Of a stretch of DNA of 37,745 nucleotides, positions 29,081 through 37,745 are shown piece after piece. Below the pieces are notes generated by a model, which was not told where the DNA came from, did not search any database, and saw nothing but the letters and a program-made list of their open reading frames with translations. A program made the translations under genes and the position numbers. Numbering within the stretch: the first letter of the stretch is position 1; every line of letters starts with the position of its first letter. The stretch spans positions 1 to 37,745 of the forward strand of contig CAYHAR010000005.1 in NCBI GenBank assembly GCA_964354595.1, in the 5' to 3' direction. Source of the DNA: an uncultured Anaerolineae bacterium. GTDB lineage: Bacteria > Chloroflexota > Anaerolineae > Fen-1058.

Positions 29081-30459
29081 TGCTCCAGTTTCCACACCAG
29101 GTAGCCAATGATCTCGCGCTTCAGGGCGGCCCATCCGCCTTGGCGCAAGCTGCGCCACGCCTTGACCAGCCTCTCTCCCCACGAACGAGCGGGACGTGGT
29201 GGAACCGCCGTTGCGTATGTCGTAAACGTCAACTCTATCAGTCGCCTGCCTCGATCAGGAGCGAGCCGGGGGGCGCGACAAAACTCTACCAGGGGGCGGG
29301 TGGTTTGCTCCCAACGATAGGCGCGCGCCAGGTCGGCAAAGCACGGAGCGAGATCGGCTTTGAGGTTGGGGGTGGCGAGCAAGTCCAAGATGGCCTGGGC
29401 TAGGCCCGACGCATCCTGATAGCCGACGACGGCACCCAATCGGTGCCGCTCCACCAATTCGCTGGCCGTGTCGCCTTCAGTCGCGATGATTGGCAGCCCG
29501 GCCCAGATGTAATCGAGCACGCGATTACGAAAGGCAAAGCGGGTTTCGACGTGTTCCAGGTGGAGGGAAAGACCCAGGTCGGCTTCGAGCAGATAATTCT
29601 CGCGCTCCTGGTAAGGAATCCAATCGTGGAAGAAAACGTGCCGGTCGGTCAGGCCCAATTTGTCGCTCAAGCTCATCGTCTGCTGGCACATGGGCGAAAC
29701 GGCTGTGACGTTGGGGCTGGGATGGCGCGTGGCGGCGAAAAAGACGACGACCTCGGGTCGTTTCTCGATCACCTGCGGCATCGCGTGGACGAGTGTGAGT
29801 GGATCGAGCCAGTCGTAGAGGCCACCGCCCCAGAACAACACTCGGGCATCGGGAGGAATGCCGCTGTAGACGCCTTTCAGCACGGGCTGGCGGTGTCGAG
29901 GCGGCTCGTCGGGCAAGCCAAACGAGACCACGTCCACCAGGCGACGGAGCGATGGATCGTCGGCGTAGGTCGTTGGATTGACGCGGCCCAGGGCGGCGAG
30001 CATGCCGATCCAATAATCGCGCTGCCGCTCGCTGTTGCAAACAAAATAGTCCCCAACTGCCAGTTGCTCGTTCAACACTGCTGCGCCATCCCGAAAGACG
30101 TGCCACTGAAATTCCTGTCCCTTGCCTTCGGAGATAAAGTGTTGAATGTTTTCCAGGACAAAAGAGTGAGGTACGCTCAAGACCAGAGGCATCGGCAGCA
30201 TTTTCAGAAATGGAAAGCGCTTGAGCGCATAGCCCGAAGTGACCACGACATCGTTTTCGCTGACCATCGCCTGCAACGCCTCCGCCGAGTCATAGCGGCG
30301 CAGACTAAAATCAGATGGCGACAGGTCGCTTTCGTTGGGGATGGCCAGGGTGACGCGGCAATGCCGGCTCAACACGCGAGCGTATTCCCAGTCGCGGACG
30401 GCTGGTCCGGACATCTTGCTGCCGACGTGATCCTCACTGACAATCAATACCCTGTTCAT
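29077..30459 (-). CDS. GT4-like glycosyltransferase
   Basis: GSKMSGPAVR, WGGGLYDWLDP, ETRFAFRNRVLDYIWAGLP. Confidence 0.88.
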   Translation of the reverse strand: MNRVLIVSEDHVGSKMSGPAVRDWEYARVLSRHCRVTLAIPNESDLSPSDFSLRRYDSAEALQAMVSENDVVVTSGYALKRFPFLKMLPMPLVLSVPHSFVLENIQHFISEGKGQEFQWHVFRDGAAVLNEQLAVGDYFVCNSERQRDYWIGMLAALGRVNPTTYADDPSLRRLVDVVSFGLPDEPPRHRQPVLKGVYSGIPPDARVLFWGGGLYDWLDPLTLVHAMPQVIEKRPEVVVFFAATRHPSPNVTAVSPMCQQTMSLSDKLGLTDRHVFFHDWIPYQERENYLLEADLGLSLHLEHVETRFAFRNRVLDYIWAGLPIIATEGDTASELVERHRLGAVVGYQDASGLAQAILDLLATPNLKADLAPCFADLARAYRWEQTTRPLVEFCRAPRLAPDRGRRLIELTFTTYATAVPPRPARSWGERLVKAWRSLRQGGWAALKREIIGYLVWKLEH

Positions 30460-31829
30460 CGTTGTGTCGGTTCCTGTTCTTGCCCAAAGAAATTTTGTAT
30501 CCCGCAGGCCTCGGCCAGGTCTTGCAGTGTTTGTATATAGTACGAGTTTGGATAGTCGGCTCCCAAAGGCCAGCGAAAGAGTGCAAATATTTCTTGGTCA
30601 GACCGGCGGCGACGACTTTGAACAACCTGGCGCTTTTGCATCAGGCGAGGCAAGTCTTGCGCCAGGTCATCGGCGGCGATCAGGTGACTGACAGTACGTT
30701 TGTCTACAGAGGTGCGACCAGGCCCAGCTCGCCGATTCACCCGGCGACTCGGTGAGCGCGGCAGCCGAGGCCGATTCTGCCAGCGGTTCCTTGCTTCGAT
30801 GGCGGCTTTGCGCCACAACTCTCCCGGTCCATCGTCTCGCAAGGTCCGCCAGGCCTCGCGGAGATAGTAGGCGATGTTGTAGGTTTGTTGTCCTGCGGAA
30901 CCTAAAGCCCTTCGGCGCGGAGTATTGATGTGTGGGACTTCGGTGTACAGATGAGGCGCGATCGCGCGTGGCTCGGAGCGCACGCGCGACGAGTCCACAC
31001 GGGTCGCCAGATAGGCCCGTCGCAGGTACAGCAAAAGCGCCGCCGGCAACACGCGGCTCAACTGCTCGTCGCCATAGTTCTTGAACAGGGTGCTGAAAGC
31101 GTTGCGCTGGTAGAGCAACACGATCTTTTCGTTGGACACCCGTTTCCACGAGCCATGATGGATGTGGTAGGCAATCGCACGAGGCGCGTAGACGACTTTG
31201 TGTCCCATCACCCACAGCCGCCAACCCCAATCCAAATCTTCGTAAAAGGCAAAATAGTCTTCGTCAAAACCGCCGCTATCTAAAAAGACTTGGCGATCTG
31301 TCAGCATTGCTCCGCCGCATGGCGCCAGGATGAGCTTTTCCTGGTCATGCGTCGTCGCCGGGTCTCCCCAGCCTTCCTGATAACCATAGCCCAACACATT
31401 CATCCCCGAGCCGGCAAAATCAATGCGCCGGCCATCCCAGCTCAATATCTTGGATGCAACGCAGACAATGTCGGGGTCGCGCTGCATGGGAGCCGCCAGC
31501 TCAACCAGCCAGTCAGACGCGACGCGCATATCGGGGTTCAGAAAAGCCACCCACTGTCCGCGCGCCCGGCGAGCGCCTTCGTTGTTGCCGCGCGCAAAGC
31601 CATAGTTTTCGGGGTTGGCAACCGTCGTGATCTGGGGGAAGCGAGAAGCGGCGAACTCGAGCGAGCCATCGGTCGAGGCATTGTCCACCAGCATCAGCTC
31701 GAGTTGCTCAGCCGGGTAACGCAATGCCAACAAGGAGCGAAAGCAGGTTTCCAGGTGCTGGCGGCTGTTGTAGCTCAGGACGACAACGGTCACCGAAGGC
31801 AAGGCGGCGCTGGGAGGGAGGCTGACCAT
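30456..31829 (-). CDS. GT2 glycosyltransferase with C-terminal extension
   Basis: VLSYN, VDNASTDGS, LNPD, YFAFYEDLDWGWR; paralog of 27791-29080. Confidence 0.9.
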   Translation of the reverse strand: MVSLPPSAALPSVTVVVLSYNSRQHLETCFRSLLALRYPAEQLELMLVDNASTDGSLEFAASRFPQITTVANPENYGFARGNNEGARRARGQWVAFLNPDMRVASDWLVELAAPMQRDPDIVCVASKILSWDGRRIDFAGSGMNVLGYGYQEGWGDPATTHDQEKLILAPCGGAMLTDRQVFLDSGGFDEDYFAFYEDLDWGWRLWVMGHKVVYAPRAIAYHIHHGSWKRVSNEKIVLLYQRNAFSTLFKNYGDEQLSRVLPAALLLYLRRAYLATRVDSSRVRSEPRAIAPHLYTEVPHINTPRRRALGSAGQQTYNIAYYLREAWRTLRDDGPGELWRKAAIEARNRWQNRPRLPRSPSRRVNRRAGPGRTSVDKRTVSHLIAADDLAQDLPRLMQKRQVVQSRRRRSDQEIFALFRWPLGADYPNSYYIQTLQDLAEACGIQNFFGQEQEPTQR

Positions 31830-31833
31830 ATTT

Positions 31834-32700
31834 CTACTCGGCGCGCTTTTCTGCCTTGTAGGCGGAGGCATAGCACTCGACAGGGCGGTCGAGCGTCGCG
31901 CGCATTCGATACACGTCGGCGGCGACCAGGTTGACATCGGTGACCAACCTGTTCACGCCGCCGAGGAGCTGGTCCATGTAGGGCAAGACGATCATGCGCG
32001 CCCAAAACATTTTGACGCTTCGAATGGCGCGCCGCAAGAGATTGTCGTTGAGTAGAGGCAATCTCCGCTCGTAGGTCAGATGAGGGATCAGCGGCGCGTC
32101 TTGTTGGCGTGTCGAGATGCTCGGCTCGCCCCACAGCGGGGCTGCCATTCGGGGATTCTCGCCCATCTGGGGATTAACAAAGCCGACGTAATCGAGGAAA
32201 AAGCACAGCAGTTCAGGATGGTAGAAAGAGACGTGACCAAAGTGCTTGTAAAAGCTCTCCAGGTGAGCGTACATGCTGCGCGCGTTCGGCGTGGCCAACA
32301 GAATGATTCCACCCGGCTTGAGGGCGCGCAGACCAAGCTCCAACATCCTGAGCGCCTGACGATAGTTCAGGTGCTCGACCAGGTGCGCCGAAAAGATGCC
32401 GTCAATGCTGTCTGGCTCGACCTGCTCCAGGTAGTCCAGAACATCCTGGCAGACGACATCCAGCCCGCGCGCCCGCGCGGCTTGGCACGCCTTGGGATCA
32501 AAGTCTATGCCGATGACCGACACGCCCTTTTCGGCCAGCATCTGGACAAAGTCGCCATCACCACAGGCCAAGTCCAACACTCGCTGCCGCCCCTCAAAGA
32601 AGGGCAAATAAAAGCTCTGGATGCGCCGCATATTTTCGGGCACCACGCCGGTGTAGCGCAAAAACGCATAATCCAGGTCAGGGTAGAGTCGGTCGTCCAT
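31834..32700 (-). CDS. Class I SAM methyltransferase (glycan-terminal methyltransferase-like)
   Basis: YLPFF, VLDLACGDGDF, HLVEHL, LKPGG..LATPN, then an amphipathic C-terminus. Confidence 0.85.
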   Translation of the reverse strand: MDDRLYPDLDYAFLRYTGVVPENMRRIQSFYLPFFEGRQRVLDLACGDGDFVQMLAEKGVSVIGIDFDPKACQAARARGLDVVCQDVLDYLEQVEPDSIDGIFSAHLVEHLNYRQALRMLELGLRALKPGGIILLATPNARSMYAHLESFYKHFGHVSFYHPELLCFFLDYVGFVNPQMGENPRMAAPLWGEPSISTRQQDAPLIPHLTYERRLPLLNDNLLRRAIRSVKMFWARMIVLPYMDQLLGGVNRLVTDVNLVAADVYRMRATLDRPVECYASAYKAEKRAE

Positions 32701-32712
32701 GGTCTTGACGTT

Positions 32713-33270
32713 TTAGGTGAAAGCCGGCTTTTTCAAATACTCTTTCAGGCTCATCCCGTTTTGATCACGCTTGGAAAGAGTCGGGTTGGTGATTGGCCAT
32801 TGGATGCCCACGTCCGGGTCATTCCACGCCAGGGTGCCTTCGGACGGCGGCGTGTAAAAGCCCGTTTGCTTGTACTGCACTTCGGCCACATCCGAAAGCG
32901 TCGCAAACCCGTGCGCGAATCCGACCGGCACGTAGATTTGCTTCTTGTTGTCCGCCGAAAGCTCGATGCCGAACCACTTGCCGAACGTGGGCGAGCTGCC
33001 GCGCAAGTCAACCGCCACGTCAAAGATGCGGCCTACTGTGCAGCGCAGCAGCTTGCCCATCGGCGCAGTCACGTCCTGATAGTGTAGCCCGCGCAAGACG
33101 CCCTGCCCCGAACGGGAATGACCTTCTTGCACAAACTCGAGGTCGAGTCCTGCCGCGGCGAAATCCCGCTTGTGCCAGCTTTCAATAAAGAATCCCCGTT
33201 CATCCTGGAAATAGTAAATCTCTACGACGACCAGACCGTCCAGAGGCGTAAGGATAAGATGAGTTTTCAT
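32713..33270 (-). CDS. rmlC: dTDP-4-dehydrorhamnose 3,5-epimerase
   Basis: DERGFF, HSRS..GVLRGLHYQ, DVAVDLR.SSPTFG, GFAHGF, WNDP. Confidence 0.95.
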   Translation of the reverse strand: MKTHLILTPLDGLVVVEIYYFQDERGFFIESWHKRDFAAAGLDLEFVQEGHSRSGQGVLRGLHYQDVTAPMGKLLRCTVGRIFDVAVDLRGSSPTFGKWFGIELSADNKKQIYVPVGFAHGFATLSDVAEVQYKQTGFYTPPSEGTLAWNDPDVGIQWPITNPTLSKRDQNGMSLKEYLKKPAFT

Positions 33271-33309
33271 CGTTTCCGGTTCCTTTCTGTTGTCAAGTTT
33301 GGCAACACC

Positions 33310-34284
33310 CTATATCGTTTTGCCTTGGACTCGCCGCCAAAATTCCTGGGTGGCGATCATCAAGCGCATCACTCGCCCATTGCGAAAGGCTTTTACCAGC
33401 TCCGCCTGCTGTTTTACCTCTTGCTTCAGTTGTGTTATCTGCTGTGACCGCAGCACATCATCCTCGCGCTGAAATCTTTCCAGTCTCCGCCAAATGTCCT
33501 GTTGAATGAGGGCATAGTCAGCCTTGTCAACCCAAGTCAGATCAACGGGCTTGGGCAAGGCACTTGGTTTGCAAAGAAAAAGCGTCCCCCAGGCTCCATG
33601 CCACCTTTCTTCCTGCCAGAGGCTTTCGGAGAAATGCCGGTTCCCTACAATCTCCAGCCCGGAAGGCCGAACGATACGCGTTTCAATCTCATCGGGCGAC
33701 ATAAAACCTTGACAGTCCGGCTCCAGGTAACCATAGTCGAACGTCAGTCCCAGAACTCCCCCTGGCTTGAGAACACGCGCCATTTCTTGAACAGCGCGTT
33801 CCTGTCTTTTGATGTGTTCCAAGACACAGATGGAAAGTACATGGTCAAAGGTTCCCGCTGAGAAAGGCAGGTCTGCTGCATCGCTCAACAGATTGAACAG
33901 CTTCCACTTCATGACATTGGCGACACGATTAGCGTTGGTGGCCAGGGCAGGATTCAAGTCTATTGTGTAAACTGTAGCGCCTTTGCTGGCAAGGTAGAAA
34001 GAAAGCAGCGTGGACGACTCGCCAATGCCCAACACGACTGAGCGGCTCGACACACCTGAGAAAGTGATCGCCATACACATCTCCCAGTACTTCCACAACG
34101 CACGCTCAGGCCAGGCACGGTCACGTGCCACTGGGCTATGAAAAGGCTGAAAGTCTCCCAAGAAACTTGTATGGCGCAATCCTTTTTCGTTCAGAGCAAT
34201 CCTGAGGCGCTCAAAATCTTCCACCAGCGCAAGAAAGGAAACGCGCTGCAAGTCGGAGAGCTCGATAGATTTATTGATAATCAC
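33310..34284 (-). CDS. Class I SAM methyltransferase with C-terminal coiled coil
   Basis: LPF..GTFD, ICVLEHI, RVLKPGG; tail QQITQLKQEVKQQAELVKAFRNGRVMRL. Confidence 0.82.
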   Translation of the reverse strand: MIINKSIELSDLQRVSFLALVEDFERLRIALNEKGLRHTSFLGDFQPFHSPVARDRAWPERALWKYWEMCMAITFSGVSSRSVVLGIGESSTLLSFYLASKGATVYTIDLNPALATNANRVANVMKWKLFNLLSDAADLPFSAGTFDHVLSICVLEHIKRQERAVQEMARVLKPGGVLGLTFDYGYLEPDCQGFMSPDEIETRIVRPSGLEIVGNRHFSESLWQEERWHGAWGTLFLCKPSALPKPVDLTWVDKADYALIQQDIWRRLERFQREDDVLRSQQITQLKQEVKQQAELVKAFRNGRVMRLMIATQEFWRRVQGKTI

Positions 34285-35179
34285 GGCGGGCTCCTGACAA
34301 GAGCAAAGGACACTCGGTCAAGCCACGCTCTTTCAGATAAGCAGCCAACGCCTCTTGCCATGGGCGCATCTGATCCAACCCGATGTACTGCAAGGCTTTG
34401 TTTTCCAAAACAGAATATGCGGGTCGAGTCGCCTTTTCGCCGAAACTGCCGGTTTTGGCTTTGCTCAGGTTGGGGGCAAGACCGCTCTGGCGAAAGATCT
34501 CGGCGGCAAACTCGTGCCAGGTGCAGTCTCCCTGGCTGGTCGCGTGGTACAGGCCGTAACGCGGGGTTTCGATGAGTGCCGCGATTTGATGCGCCACATC
34601 CACCGTGTAGGTCGGCGTCAATCGCTGGTCGTCAACCACTCGGATCGGCTTGCCTTCCTTTGCCAGTCGCAGCATCAGCTCGACAAAGTTGCCGCCTTTG
34701 CCGGACGACCCGGCCACGCCGTAAAGTCCCGTCACGCGCAAGATATAGTAGTGCTCTAGCGCATAGCGGATCAGGTTTTCGCCAGCCAACTTGGAAACGC
34801 CATAGACGTTGATAGGTGCTGGCGTATCCGTCTCGACATAGGGCGCGCGGCGCGCCTTGTCGCCGCCAAAAACATAGTCGGTGCTCATGTGCAGCAGAGC
34901 CGCGTTGTGAGCGCGGCAAGCCAGGGCCAGGTTGTGCGCGCCAAAAGCGTTGACGGCAAAGGTTTGCTCGACCTGCTCTTCGCACACATCCACCTTGTGA
35001 AAGGCGGCCATGTTCATCACTAATTCGGGCCGATGCATTTGCATCATCGCTTCCAAGTTTTCGGGGCGAGTGACTTCGACATCGGCGTGGGCGAGCGGAA
35101 CCAGGTCGTGCGCGGGCCGCAACACTTTGACCAAATCGCTGCCGAGTTGTCCGTTAGCGCCGATGAGCACGATCTTCAT
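34271..35179 (-). CDS. rmlD: dTDP-4-dehydrorhamnose reductase
   Basis: GANGQLG, STDYVF, YGVSKLAGE, VVDDQ..TPT, RPAYSVL. Confidence 0.95.
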   Translation of the reverse strand: MKIVLIGANGQLGSDLVKVLRPAHDLVPLAHADVEVTRPENLEAMMQMHRPELVMNMAAFHKVDVCEEQVEQTFAVNAFGAHNLALACRAHNAALLHMSTDYVFGGDKARRAPYVETDTPAPINVYGVSKLAGENLIRYALEHYYILRVTGLYGVAGSSGKGGNFVELMLRLAKEGKPIRVVDDQRLTPTYTVDVAHQIAALIETPRYGLYHATSQGDCTWHEFAAEIFRQSGLAPNLSKAKTGSFGEKATRPAYSVLENKALQYIGLDQMRPWQEALAAYLKERGLTECPLLLSGARRDYQ

Positions 35180-35182
35180 GGC

Positions 35183-36232
35183 TCACCCCTTGGCCTCAAA
35201 GACCGAGCCGGTGATGCTGATGACTTTGTGCGCCTCTTCCAGCAGCCGCATCCAGCGGATGTTATAATACTTGGGATTATCAAAGTCGGTGTAGCCATAC
35301 TTTTGAATCTGCTTCACCAGGTCCTTGACCGACTCTTCAATCGTGACCTTGGGCTGAAAATTCAGCACGCGCTGAATCTTGGCTGCCGACACGCGGTAGC
35401 TTCGCACACCGGAATAACCATAGTCCGGCACAATCTCGCACTCATGGCCGGTTTCACGCAGTGCGGCGCGCACGCGGAGCGCCAGCTCCGAGATGCGGAT
35501 GTTGTGGAACGAAACATTGAACATCTCGCCTTTGACCTTTTCTTCCGGCGCCTCCAGGCAGGCAATGTAGGCGCGGGCTACGTCGCGCACATCTACGAGT
35601 GGTCGCCACATCTCGCCGCCATAGTGCAGCGTCAGTTTGCCCGTCGCCAGCGCGCTCTTGACAAAGGTATTGACCACCAGGTCGTAGCGCATTCGCGGCG
35701 AAAAGCCATACACCGTGCCCTTGCGCAGAATGACCGGGCAAAAGTCGTTGCTGACCATTGCCAACAAGAGCTTTTCGGCCTCGCGCTTGGAGCTGGAATA
35801 GGCCGCGCGCGGATAGACCTCGGAAGTCTCGTCGAGCAACACGTCCGCCGACTCGTTGCCGACGCCGCGATCATAGATCGAGCACGACGAGGCAAAGACA
35901 TAGCGCCGGACGCCATGAGCAACGCACAGGTCGGCGAGCTTTTTGGTCGCCAACGTGTTCATCTCGTGATTGGCTTGCGGATTGTACTCGGCCGTCGGGT
36001 CGTTCGACAGCCCGCCGATGTTGACCACGCTGTCCACATCTTTGAGCACGGTGCTATCCACCGTGCGCATGTCGCCGACCACCAGCTCGACGCGGTCGCG
36101 GACATCGCGCAGCCCGTCGTCGCCAAAATACAGCCGGTCGAGGATTTTGACCGCATAACCGCGCTGCAACAACTCGTAGGCCAAGACAGACCCGACATAG
36201 CCTGCCCCGCCGACCAACAAAATTTTAGGCAT
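35183..36232 (-). CDS. NAD-dependent epimerase/dehydratase (extended SDR)
   Basis: GGAGYVG, ASSCSIY, YSSSK, GFSPRMRYDLVVN, WRPLVDV; lacks the RmlB AAESHVD motif. Confidence 0.9.
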   Translation of the reverse strand: MPKILLVGGAGYVGSVLAYELLQRGYAVKILDRLYFGDDGLRDVRDRVELVVGDMRTVDSTVLKDVDSVVNIGGLSNDPTAEYNPQANHEMNTLATKKLADLCVAHGVRRYVFASSCSIYDRGVGNESADVLLDETSEVYPRAAYSSSKREAEKLLLAMVSNDFCPVILRKGTVYGFSPRMRYDLVVNTFVKSALATGKLTLHYGGEMWRPLVDVRDVARAYIACLEAPEEKVKGEMFNVSFHNIRISELALRVRAALRETGHECEIVPDYGYSGVRSYRVSAAKIQRVLNFQPKVTIEESVKDLVKQIQKYGYTDFDNPKYYNIRWMRLLEEAHKVISITGSVFEAKG

Positions 36233-36300
36233 CTAGTTTCTCCTGTGATGTCTCAATCGGCCGGGGCCGATCAAAGGTTTTCCCGCGCGTGCTCTCTGAC

Positions 36301-37533
36301 TTACAGTTTCCCTACACGGGCGTCCCACTGCGATGGCACGTAGATCAATCCGTATTGTTCGGCCACGCCGCCCGGCTTGACGGTAAAGCGAGCGCACTTG
36401 TGCCAGTGGTCAAAAGAGTGAATACCGGCATGATCATAGATAGCGGCAGAGACAAAATAGTCCCCGGCCAGGAATGGCAAAGCCGGAATGATATAGTCCA
36501 CGTACCCCTCACCCTCGATATAAGGGATATCGTAATCGGAAAACACATTGTTCGGGCCGCTCAAATGTGTCCCTGTGCTGGCGTGATAAAACGCCAGGCC
36601 CACCTGAGGCTGAGGAATGCGCTGGCGCGCGTCATGATGCATCCGCACCACCACCCGCTCGCCCGTGGTAAAGACATGACGAAGCTGCCCGTCACTGCCG
36701 AGAAACTCGACTGACGTGATCTCGACCTCGCCACTGCCCCACCGGATGCCGGGCACATCGGCCGGCTGGGCAACCCGCTGGCCGGGAGCCGGCTGGCTAT
36801 GAGTGGCAACGCTCTCCCGGTATGCGTCGAGCACTTGCTCCACGCTGCCGTCGAGTTGCACTTGACCATCTTCCAGCCACACCGCGCGCGAGCACAGGCT
36901 GGATACCGTGCCCAGCTCGTGCGACACAAAGAGAATGGTCATCCCCTGATGCTGAAGCTCACGGACGCGCTGCAGACATTTGGCCTGAAAGCTCTGGTCG
37001 CCCACCGCCAGGACCTCGTCCACCAACAGAACCTCTGGCTCCACGTGAATCGCCACTGCAAACGCCAGCCGCATGTACATGCCCGACGAATAATGTTTTA
37101 CCGGCACGTCAATGAATTGGTCAAGCTCGGAAAAGGCGACCACGTCGTCGAATTTGCGCTCCATCTCACGGCGTCGGATGCCCAACACGGACCCGTTGAG
37201 GAACACATTCTCGCGGCCAGTCAGGTCAGGATGAAAGCCGGCGCCCAGCTCCAACAGCGCCGCCACACGGCCCCGGACGTGTATCTGGCCGGACGATGGC
37301 CCGATGACCTTGGTGATGAGCTTGAGCAGCGTGCTCTTGCCGGCGCCGTTATCGCCGATCACGCCGACCGTCTCGCCCGAGTAGACGGAGAAAGACACAT
37401 CCTGCAGCGCCCACATCTGCTCGCTGGGCCGAGGCTTCCACCCGTTGGTCACCAGTTCGAGAAATGAACGGGGGCGCTCGCGCTGAAGGAGAAATCTCTT
37501 GGAGACGTGGTCGAGTTGAATCTTGCTTTCCAT
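36301..37533 (-). CDS. wzt: Polysaccharide ABC exporter ATPase with Wzt C-terminal carbohydrate-binding domain
   Basis: GDNGAGKST, LELGAGF, YSSGM..RLAF, DEVLAVGD, then 'RWGSGEVEIT' Wzt_C domain; start revised to ATG 37533. Confidence 0.92.
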   Translation of the reverse strand: MESKIQLDHVSKRFLLQRERPRSFLELVTNGWKPRPSEQMWALQDVSFSVYSGETVGVIGDNGAGKSTLLKLITKVIGPSSGQIHVRGRVAALLELGAGFHPDLTGRENVFLNGSVLGIRRREMERKFDDVVAFSELDQFIDVPVKHYSSGMYMRLAFAVAIHVEPEVLLVDEVLAVGDQSFQAKCLQRVRELQHQGMTILFVSHELGTVSSLCSRAVWLEDGQVQLDGSVEQVLDAYRESVATHSQPAPGQRVAQPADVPGIRWGSGEVEITSVEFLGSDGQLRHVFTTGERVVVRMHHDARQRIPQPQVGLAFYHASTGTHLSGPNNVFSDYDIPYIEGEGYVDYIIPALPFLAGDYFVSAAIYDHAGIHSFDHWHKCARFTVKPGGVAEQYGLIYVPSQWDARVGKL

Positions 37534-37570
37534 TTTGCCGGACGCATCCTGGCCCAGAGAGGCGAGCGAT

Positions 37571-37579
37571 ATTATACCA
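37571..37579 (-). promoter_or_regulatory. Extended -10 promoter upstream of wzt
   Basis: TGGTATAAT about 38 nt upstream of the ATG. Confidence 0.55.
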
Positions 37580-37613
37580 CATCCCGACCAAGCCCCGGTG
37601 GATACAGCGAGCG

Positions 37614-37745
37614 TCAGATGTCCGATTCCTCTCCGCTGGCAGTCCACACTCCGGGCCAGACTCGACGCGCCGCCAGGTTACGCAAAATCGCCCCCGGCAT
37701 ATTCGGTGTTGACAAAATGGGCAAGTCGGGGTAGAAATCATACAC
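37614..37745 (-). CDS. Possible 3' end of an upstream gene (partial)
   Basis: Frame is open from the window edge: VYDFYPDLPILSTPNMPG...EESDI*; not hydrophobic, so unlike Wzm. Confidence 0.35.
   Translation of the reverse strand: MYDFYPDLPILSTPNMPGAILRNLAARRVWPGVWTASGEESDI

Noticed and set aside
33288-33307. TGTCAAGTTTGG shared with the MITE interior (8310-8321)
   Set aside because: 12-mer matches are expected by chance in 38 kb, and there is no TIR or TSD here; only a small hairpin before the rmlC RBS.
26443-36343. Long plus-strand ORFs (26443-27771, 29443-30540, 32080-33087, 35033-36343)
   Set aside because: Antisense shadows of GC-rich genes with clear family motifs; they have no recognisable motifs of their own.
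1-37745. CRISPR array, tRNA/rRNA, transposase or integrase genes
   Set aside because: No spaced direct repeats, RNA gene signatures or recombinase motifs were seen.

Overview
A 37.7-kb cell-envelope glycosylation locus, almost entirely on the minus strand. Gene content suggests Chloroflexota (Anaerolineae-like); this is an inference. From right to left it holds: a Wzt-type ABC exporter ATPase with a C-terminal carbohydrate-binding extension; an SDR epimerase/dehydratase; rmlD and rmlC; six class I SAM methyltransferases; six GT2 and four GT4 glycosyltransferases; a large GT-C-like membrane protein; a membrane-anchored heparinase II/III-like protein; an sxtJ/sxtI/sxtK-like carbamoyltransferase module followed by phosphodiesterase, methyltransferase, SGNH and flippase-like genes; and two secreted repeat proteins, one a probable S-layer-type protein with its own promoter, long leader and terminator. 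Three things are not visible in the ORF track. (1) A 163-bp MITE (perfect 16-bp TIRs, 6-bp target duplication) splits the carbamoyltransferase, and removing it restores one 596-aa ORF. (2) The adjacent sxtJ-like gene carries an in-frame TAG, so the carbamoylation module appears to be decaying. (3) A shared ~30-aa amphipathic 'AWxxLxxxGxxAL' module occurs in five consecutive enzymes from three unrelated families, suggesting a common docking or membrane-targeting tag for a glycan assembly complex. No rRNA, tRNA or CRISPR array was seen.
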